DNA of 40,158 bases, taken from assembly GCA_046051725.1 (NCBI GenBank), contig JBJONS010000191.1, positions 1 through 40,158 of the forward strand. Reading direction: 5' to 3'. Both the position numbers and the translations under genes were made by a program. How positions within the stretch are numbered: position 1 is the first letter of the stretch; every line of letters starts with the position of its first letter. The notes beneath the pieces are model-generated. The model saw nothing but the letters and a program-made list of their open reading frames with translations. It had not been told where the DNA came from and made no database searches. Of this stretch, positions 28,484 through 34,978 are shown piece after piece. The DNA comes from Pseudomonadota bacterium. Lineage in GTDB: Bacteria > Myxococcota_A > UBA796 > UBA2385.

Positions 28484-29538
28484 CGCTGCGTGTCTTCGTC
28501 ATCGACGACTCGTCGGCCGTGCGGACCGTGCTCGGCTTGGCGATCAACCGGGTGCCCGACGTGCAGTGCGTCGGCTCCGCGGCCAGCGGCGAGGAGGCCC
28601 TCGCGGCGCTGTCTCGCCTCGTGGTCGACCTGGTCATCGTCGATCAGGCGCTGCCTGGCGCTGACGGCGTGACCACGCTCGGCGAGCTGCGCCGCCGGAT
28701 CCCCGCGCTGCAGGCGGTGATGCTCAGCGCGATGCCCCCCGACCGCCTGCGGGCGCGCCTCGAAGAGGCCCGCCTCGCCGATGTCGACGTGCTGCCCAAG
28801 CCCGACGCCCGGGCCGAGTTCGGCGCGTGGTTCAGCGCCGCGCTCGCGCCCCGGCTCAGCCGCGCGGCGCCGCGTCCGGGCCCGCCTGGCGCGCCTCCCC
28901 GCGCCGACCGGCGGGGCGCGCACGTCGACAGCCCGGTCGAGGTGGTGCTGATCGCCGCCTCGACCGGTGGCCCCGACGCGATCCGCCGCGTCCTCGAGCT
29001 GCTGCCCCCCTCGATCGGGGTCCCGGTCCTGGTGGTCCAGCACATGCCGGCGACCTTCACCGGGGTCTTCGCGGCGAGTCTCGACGGGCGGCTGCCCTGG
29101 ACCGTGGTCGAGGCCCGGCCCGGTGACGAGCCGGCGGCCGGCCGTGTCTACATCGCGCCGGGCGGCGCGCACCTCGAGGTGCAGCGGGCGCCGATGGGGC
29201 CGCGGCTCAGCCTCACCGACACCGCCCCCCTCCACGGTTGTCGACCGGCGGCGGACCGCCTGTTCCTCACCGCGGCCGAGGCCTATGGCCCGCTCGCAGT
29301 CGCGGCGGTGCTCACCGGCATGGGTCGAGACGGCGCCGACGGCGCGCTGGCCCTGCGCGCCCGGGGCGTGGTGGTCCTCGCGCAGGACCGCGAGTCCTCG
29401 ACCGTGTGGGGCATGCCCGGCGCCGTCGTGGGGGCGGGCGCGGCGTCCGCCGTGCTCCCGCTCGACGAGATCGGCCCGGCGCTCGAGCGCCTGGTCGTGG
29501 ACCGCCGGCGGGGGCGCGAGCGCACCCCCAGCGCCTAG
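28480..29538 (+). CDS. cheB: Protein-glutamate methylesterase/deamidase CheB (REC + methylesterase)
   Basis: VFVIDDSSAVR...LVIVDQALPGADG (REC). VVLIAASTGGPDAIRRVL (catalytic Ser), VVQHMPATFT (His), LTGMGRDGADG (Asp), and VWGMPGAV. Confidence 0.9.
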   Translation: MTLRVFVIDDSSAVRTVLGLAINRVPDVQCVGSAASGEEALAALSRLVVDLVIVDQALPGADGVTTLGELRRRIPALQAVMLSAMPPDRLRARLEEARLADVDVLPKPDARAEFGAWFSAALAPRLSRAAPRPGPPGAPPRADRRGAHVDSPVEVVLIAASTGGPDAIRRVLELLPPSIGVPVLVVQHMPATFTGVFAASLDGRLPWTVVEARPGDEPAAGRVYIAPGGAHLEVQRAPMGPRLSLTDTAPLHGCRPAADRLFLTAAEAYGPLAVAAVLTGMGRDGADGALALRARGVVVLAQDRESSTVWGMPGAVVGAGAASAVLPLDEIGPALERLVVDRRRGRERTPSA

Positions 29539-29625
29539 CCGCGGGCCAGCGACCGCAGTCGGCAGCAGCGGAGGGCCGCCCGGGCGCGGGGCCCCGGCGC
29601 CGCGCGCCGAGGGCCTGCGCCGCGC

Positions 29626-30717
29626 TCAGACGTTGAAGCGGAAGTGCATCACATCGCCGTCTTGTACGATGTATTCCTTACCCTCTACCCGCATCTTGCC
29701 CGCCGACTTCAGCGCGGCCTCGGACTTGAGCGCGAGCAGGTCGGTCACGGTGTAGACCTCGGCGCGGATGAAGCCCCGCTCGAAGTCGGTGTGGATGACG
29801 CCGGCGGCCTGGGGCGCCTTCCAGCCGCGCTCGATGGTCCAGGCGCGGATCTCTTTGGGGCCGGCCGTGAAGTAGGTCTGCAGGCCGAGCAGCGTGTAGG
29901 TCGAGCGGGCGAGGCGCGCGAGGCCCGGCTCGGCCAGACCCAGATCGGCGAGGAAGCTCGCCCGATCCGCCGGGTCGAGCTCCGAGATCTCGGCCTCGAC
30001 CTTGGCGCAGATGTTCACGCTCATCGCGCCCTGGGTGGCGGCCAGCGCCTCGACCTGGGCGGTGTACGCGTTGCCCTCGAGACCGCCCTCGTCGACGTTG
30101 CAGACGTAGAGCACCGGCTTGGCGGTGATGAGCTGGGCCTCTTTGACCGAGGCGCGCTCTTCTTCGGTCCAGTCGCCGGCGCGGGCCGGCTTGCCGTCGC
30201 CGAGCAGCGCGACCAGCTTCTCGGCCACATCGAGGTGCAGCTTGTTGGTCTTGTCGGGCGACTTGCTGAGCTTGCGGTAGCGCTCGACCCGGCGCTCGAC
30301 GCTGTCGAGGTCGGCCAAGATCAGCTCGATGTCGATGGTCTCGATGTCGCGCAGCGGGTTGACGCCGCCGTCGACGTGGACGATGTCGCCGTCGTCAAAA
30401 CACCGCACCACGTGCAGGATCGCGTCGACGCTGCGGATGTGGCCGAGGAACTGGTTGCCCAGGCCCTCGCCCTTGCTCGCCCCGCGCACGAGGCCGGCGA
30501 TGTCGACGATCTCGACGACCGCGGGCAGCAGCTGCTTGCTCTCGATGACGCCGCGGATCTGCTCGAGGCGGGGGTCGGGCACCGGCACGATGCCGGTGTT
30601 CGGCTCGATGGTGCAGAAGGGGTAGTTCGCGCTCTCGGCGCCCGCCGAGGTCAGCGCGTTGAAAAGGGTAGACTTGCCGACGTTGGGCAGGCCGACGATG
30701 CCGGCTTGGAGGGCCAT
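29626..30717 (-). CDS. ychF: Redox-regulated ribosome-binding ATPase YchF (363 aa)
   Basis: [57 protein letters not shown], and the C-terminal TGS-like [30 protein letters not shown]...[11 protein letters not shown]. The upstream 197 codons of ORF 29626..31311 are Arg/Gly-rich shadow sequence. Confidence 0.93.
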   Translation of the reverse strand: MALQAGIVGLPNVGKSTLFNALTSAGAESANYPFCTIEPNTGIVPVPDPRLEQIRGVIESKQLLPAVVEIVDIAGLVRGASKGEGLGNQFLGHIRSVDAILHVVRCFDDGDIVHVDGGVNPLRDIETIDIELILADLDSVERRVERYRKLSKSPDKTNKLHLDVAEKLVALLGDGKPARAGDWTEEERASVKEAQLITAKPVLYVCNVDEGGLEGNAYTAQVEALAATQGAMSVNICAKVEAEISELDPADRASFLADLGLAEPGLARLARSTYTLLGLQTYFTAGPKEIRAWTIERGWKAPQAAGVIHTDFERGFIRAEVYTVTDLLALKSEAALKSAGKMRVEGKEYIVQDGDVMHFRFNV

Positions 30718-30855
30718 CTGGGGCTCCGGAGGGGTCGGGTGAGGGCAAAAACAGGGCGGGGGCGGCGCCCACCGCGGCGACCGGCGCCTATCCGCCGGCT
30801 CTGCGCGCGGGCTACCTTCGCGCGCCGCGCCCACAGCCACGCGCCCGGAGGACCC

Positions 30856-31218
30856 ATGACCCGCCTCATCCGCCCGCTCCTGCTCGCGACCACCGCCAGC
30901 CTCGCCCTCGGCCTCACCGCCTGCGGCGGCGACTGCGTCGACGAGAGCTACCTCGACATCACTGTCAGCGACAGCGTCGGGCCGGTGCTCTCGACCCTGA
31001 CCTGGCAGCACGACAACGGCGAGAGCGGCACCGTCGACTGCCCCGGCGCCTGCGAGGTGCAGCCCAGCGAGCCGGGCGTGGTCACGCTCACCGCGACCCC
31101 CACCGACACCGCCCTCAGCCCGGTGACCGACGAGGTCGAGTTCAACCAGGCGGTGGCCGAGGGCAAGGACTGCCCCGAGGCCGTCGTCAACAAGGTCGAT
31201 CTCACCGTCGAGGGCTGA
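30856..31218 (+). CDS. Small lipoprotein, function unknown
   Basis: GGAGGA lies 4 nt before the ATG at 30856. Lipobox LALGLTAC. Four further Cys residues. GC3-rich codons. Only the last 120 codons of ORF 29644..31218 are used. Confidence 0.6.
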   Translation: MTRLIRPLLLATTASLALGLTACGGDCVDESYLDITVSDSVGPVLSTLTWQHDNGESGTVDCPGACEVQPSEPGVVTLTATPTDTALSPVTDEVEFNQAVAEGKDCPEAVVNKVDLTVEG

Positions 31219-31337
31219 GCGAAAATGGCGGTGGGCGGGGCCTGCGGGCCCCGCAACGCCCCGCGGGGTCCGCGGGCCCAGCGCGGCGACGCGTGACCGC
31301 AACACCTTCAAACAAGGCTGTTACAGCCGCAGCCGAC

Positions 31338-32567
31338 TCAGCCGAGCACGACCTTGACCCCGCGGACCAGCCCGCCCAGCGCGGTGGTCACCTCGGCGGT
31401 GGTCGGCGCCGCGACGATGGCCCAGCCCTCGCCCTCGTAGCTGGTCGAGGCGGGCTGCCCGACGACCGGCAGCTTGCGGTCGACCACGTAGCGGCCGACC
31501 TCGTGCTGGGCGCGCTCGAGGCCGTCGACCGCGACGACCACCCCGCCCCGGCCCTGCCCGCGGAAGAAGGCGGTGCCGGCGGCGCGCTGGCGGGTGGCCG
31601 GCACGTCCCAGGTCCCGAGCACCATCAGGCGGCACCAGGCCTCGATCATGTCGCGGCCAAAAGCCAGGCTCATCATCGGCATGATGTTGACGCCCGGCGG
31701 CCGGGCCCCGACCTCGCCGATGACGAAGCTGCCGTCGGGCCGCTCGAACCACTCCATGTGCGAGATGCCGGTCACCAAGCCGAGCGCGCGCAGCGCCGCG
31801 TGGTTGGTCTCGCGGAAGGTGGTCCAGGGCGCGTCGATCTCGCGCGGCAAGGTCACCGTGTACTGCATCCAGGGGTGCTCGAGCACCGCGAGCGGGGTCG
31901 GGTGGTAGCGGGTGCCCGACCACCAGACCGGCTCGCCGTCGATCATCACGGTCTCAAAGGTGCGCTCGACGCCGGTGATGAACTCTTCGGCCTGCACCGG
32001 GCGGGCGGCGCTGGGCTGCAGCTGCTCGAGCGCGCTCTGCAGCGCGGCGCGGTCGGCGACGCGGAAGGTCGCCTTGGCGCCCACCCCCGCCACCGGCTTG
32101 AGGATGATCGGGAAGCCGACCTCGCCGACGAAGTCGACGCCATCCTGAACCGACTCGAGGCGCCGGTGGCGGGCCACCGGCAGACCGGCCGCGCGTAACA
32201 CCTCTTTCATTCGGTCTTTATCGCGGAAGTTCAGCGCTTGGTCGACCTTCATGCCCGGCACGCCGGTCGCGCTGCGGGCCTCGCCCAGCGGCACCTGCAG
32301 CTGCTCCAGCACGCCAAGCAGGCGATCCACCCGCCCCCAGGCCCGCTGAAAGGCGCTGACGCCCTCGGCCAGCGTGGCGCCGTCCATGGCCGGGCGCACG
32401 ACGTAGTGGCCAGCCACGAGGGCGGCGAGCGCTGGATCGACGTGCTGCAGCTTGCCCTCGGGCTCACAGCTCAGCAGCCCGAGGCGGACGCCCGGGATGG
32501 CCGCCAGCGCGCGGGCGTAGCGCAGGGTGTTTTCGAGGAAGAACGGGGCGACGAGCAGGACGTGCAT
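31338..32567 (-). CDS. Stand-alone ATP-grasp ligase (409 aa), substrate unknown
   Basis: Pre-ATP-grasp N-terminus MHVLLVAPFF. ATP-binding FPIILKPVAGVGAKATFRV. Hinge QAEEFITGVE. Mg/ATP site SHMEWFERPDGSFVIGEVGARPPG. GGAG lies 5 nt before the ATG. The upstream 433 codons of ORF 31338..33866 are antisense shadow of iadA. Confidence 0.8.
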   Translation of the reverse strand: MHVLLVAPFFLENTLRYARALAAIPGVRLGLLSCEPEGKLQHVDPALAALVAGHYVVRPAMDGATLAEGVSAFQRAWGRVDRLLGVLEQLQVPLGEARSATGVPGMKVDQALNFRDKDRMKEVLRAAGLPVARHRRLESVQDGVDFVGEVGFPIILKPVAGVGAKATFRVADRAALQSALEQLQPSAARPVQAEEFITGVERTFETVMIDGEPVWWSGTRYHPTPLAVLEHPWMQYTVTLPREIDAPWTTFRETNHAALRALGLVTGISHMEWFERPDGSFVIGEVGARPPGVNIMPMMSLAFGRDMIEAWCRLMVLGTWDVPATRQRAAGTAFFRGQGRGGVVVAVDGLERAQHEVGRYVVDRKLPVVGQPASTSYEGEGWAIVAAPTTAEVTTALGGLVRGVKVVLG

Positions 32568-32678
32568 GGGGGCTCCAACGGCGAGGGCCGGCGGCGCGCT
32601 AATCCGGCCGGCCAGCGGCCACCCCACGCCGCGGCCACCGTTCACCACACTGTCCCCTCCCCGCCCGCGGAGCCCTGC

Positions 32679-33851
32679 ATGTCGGCGCCCCCCACCCTCC
32701 ACCTGCTGCGCGGCGCGCGCGTGTTCGCGCCCGAGGACCGCGGCCGCCAAGACCTGCTCTTCGGCGGGGGCCAGCTGCTCGCCGCCGGCCCGGGGCTCGC
32801 CGCCCCGCCGCCCGGCTGGCCGGTCGAAGAGCACGACTGCAGCGATCTGGTCGCGATCCCCGGCCTCATCGACCTGCACACCCACCTCAGCGGCGGCGGC
32901 GGCGAGGGGGGCGCCCACACCCGCGTGCCGCCAGTGCAGCTCACCGACCTGAGCCTCGCCGGCGTGACCACCGCGGTCGGCCTGCTCGGCACCGACACCA
33001 CCACCCGCAGCCTCGAAGAGCTGCTGGCGACCGCCCGGGGCCTCAGCCACTTCGGCCTCACCGCCCTCTGCTACACCGGCGGCTACCGCGTGCCGCCCCG
33101 CTCGTTGCTGGCGACGGTGCGCGAAGACATCGCGCTCATCGACCGCTTCATCGCGGTCGGCGAGATCGCCATCTCGGACCACCGCAGCGGCCAGCCCACT
33201 TTTGACGAGCTGGTGCGCATCGCCGCCGACGCCCACGTGGCCGGGCTGATGACCGGCAAGGCCGGCATCCTGCACCTGCACCTCGGTGACGGCCCCCGGG
33301 GGCTCAGCCTCGTGCGCCGCGCGCTGGACGAGACCGAGCTGCCGGCGCGCGTCTTCCACCCCACCCACGTCAACCGCAACCGGCGGCTGTGGGCCGAGGC
33401 GGTCGAGCTGGGCGCGCGGGGCCTCTCGGTCGACGTGACCTGTTTTCCGCCCGCGCCGGGCGAGCCCACCGCCGCCGACGACGTGCGGGCCTGGCTCGCC
33501 GCGGGCAACCCGCTCGGGCGCCTGACGCTCAGCAGCGACGGCGGCGGCTGCTTGCCTGAGTTTGACGCAGAGGGCCGCCTGCTGCGGATGGAGGTCGGCA
33601 AAAGCAGCGCGCTGCTCGACACCCTGCGCGAGCTGGTCAGCGGCGGGCTGCCGCTGGACCAGGCCCTTCGCCCGCTGACCGCCACGCCGGCGGCCCTGCT
33701 GCGCCTCGGGCAAAAAGGCGCGCTGGCCCCGGGCGCCGACGCCGACATCGTCCTGTTGGACGCTGATCTGCGCCTGCACTCCACCATCGCCTCGGGCCGC
33801 TGGCTGGTGCGCGCCGGCCGCCCGCTGGTGCGCGGCCCCTTTGAGGCCTGA
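32679..33851 (+). CDS. iadA: Isoaspartyl (beta-aspartyl) dipeptidase
   Basis: AIPGLIDLHTHLSGGGGEGGAHTRVPPV matches the IadA signature (G.ID.HVHL.GGGGE.G...R.PE). Also FIAVGEIAISDHRS, GILHLHLGDG, HPTHVNRN and ADIVLLD. 390 aa, as for E. coli IadA. Confidence 0.85.
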   Translation: MSAPPTLHLLRGARVFAPEDRGRQDLLFGGGQLLAAGPGLAAPPPGWPVEEHDCSDLVAIPGLIDLHTHLSGGGGEGGAHTRVPPVQLTDLSLAGVTTAVGLLGTDTTTRSLEELLATARGLSHFGLTALCYTGGYRVPPRSLLATVREDIALIDRFIAVGEIAISDHRSGQPTFDELVRIAADAHVAGLMTGKAGILHLHLGDGPRGLSLVRRALDETELPARVFHPTHVNRNRRLWAEAVELGARGLSVDVTCFPPAPGEPTAADDVRAWLAAGNPLGRLTLSSDGGGCLPEFDAEGRLLRMEVGKSSALLDTLRELVSGGLPLDQALRPLTATPAALLRLGQKGALAPGADADIVLLDADLRLHSTIASGRWLVRAGRPLVRGPFEA

Positions 33852-33979
33852 GCGCGGCGCCGCCACGGAGAGGCCCGGGGGGCGTTGAAGCCATGCGCCC
33901 CCCCTTGCTACGGTCCGCGCCCCTCCGACGGACCTCGCCCGCGCGTCCGCGCCTCCGCCCCTCCCCTGGACCTCCGCCC

Positions 33980-34807
33980 ATGCCCTCCCCCGAGCAGACC
34001 CCCGGTTCCCGCGGCTTCATCATCCCGATCGGCGGGGCTGAGGACAAGATCAGCGACCGGCTGATCCTCCGCCGGTTCATCAACCTGTGCGGCGGCGCCG
34101 ACGCGCGCGTCGCCGTCATCCCCACCGCGTCTGAGCTCGACAGCACCGGCGACCGCTACCGCGAGATCTTCGGCAACCTGGGCGTGCGCCACGTCGATGT
34201 GCTCGACATCCGCGAGCGGGCCGACGCCGAGAAGGCCGAGCACGTGGACGCGCTCAACCGGGCCACCGGCATCTTCATGACCGGCGGCAACCAGCTGCGC
34301 CTCTCGACCATCCTCGGCGGCACCGCGGTCGCCCAGACCATGCGCCGGGTGAACGCGCGCGGCACCCACGTCGCCGGGACCAGCGCCGGCGCCGCCTTTG
34401 TCAGCGAGCACATGATCGCTTTTGGGCGCGAGGGCGCCACGCCGATCGCCGGCCAGGCCACGCTCTGCGCCGGCCTCGGCCTGACCAACCGGGTGATCGT
34501 CGACCAGCACTTCCGGGAGCGCGACCGCCTCGGCCGGCTGCTGACCAGCCTCGCCTACAACCCCTTCGCCATCGGGCTCGGCCTCGATGAAGACACCGCG
34601 GCCTTCATCGGCCCCGACAACGTCATCGAGGTGGCCGGCGCCGGGGCGATCACGATCGCCGACGTCAGCGATCTGGCCTACAGCGGCATGGCCAGCGTGC
34701 GCGAGGGCCGGCCGGTGCAGCTCATCGGGGTCAAGCTGCACATCCTCAGCGACGGGGGCGTGTTCCGGCTCGACAGCCGCGAGGCCAAGCCCGGCCTGCG
34801 CGACTGA
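33980..34807 (+). CDS. cphB: Cyanophycinase (peptidase S51), intracellular CphB-type
   Basis: GFIIPIGGAEDK, VAVIPTAS, GIFMTGGNQLRL, the catalytic-Ser motif VAGTSAGAAFVSEHMI, VIVDQHFRERDRLGRL and GLGLDEDTA. No signal peptide with either start (ATG 33980 preferred; ORF track 33893). Confidence 0.88.
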   Translation: MPSPEQTPGSRGFIIPIGGAEDKISDRLILRRFINLCGGADARVAVIPTASELDSTGDRYREIFGNLGVRHVDVLDIRERADAEKAEHVDALNRATGIFMTGGNQLRLSTILGGTAVAQTMRRVNARGTHVAGTSAGAAFVSEHMIAFGREGATPIAGQATLCAGLGLTNRVIVDQHFRERDRLGRLLTSLAYNPFAIGLGLDEDTAAFIGPDNVIEVAGAGAITIADVSDLAYSGMASVREGRPVQLIGVKLHILSDGGVFRLDSREAKPGLRD

Positions 34808-34978
34808 GGCGCCGGCCCGCCCGCCCGCCGCGCCGGGCACAGCGCGGGCGTGATCTTCGAGAACAACCTTCCAGAGGTCATCTTCGCAGACCCCCTTCGC
34901 GCGGCGCGCGGGGCTGGTGCAGGCTGCGGTCCCACGGTCGGGCCGCGCCCGCCTCCCCTCGCACCGCCCGGAGCACCG

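Noticed and set aside
29583-29608. GC hairpin (GGCGCG...CGCGCC) between the convergent cheB and ychF genes as a terminator
   Set aside because: The stem is short and interrupted (6 bp, a mismatch, then 3 bp) and has no U-tract on either strand. It is no better than many random GC palindromes here, so I did not list it as a feature.
32568-33866. Upstream extension of the ATP-grasp ORF (31338..33866, 842 aa), and upstream extension of the ychF ORF (30718..31311)
   Set aside because: The extensions are antisense to iadA and to the small lipoprotein gene respectively, and are Arg/Gly/Ala-rich. The conserved N-termini (MHVLLVAPFF and [17 protein letters not shown]) start at internal ATGs. The ATP-grasp ATG follows a GGAG, and the ychF ATG gives the canonical 363-aa length.
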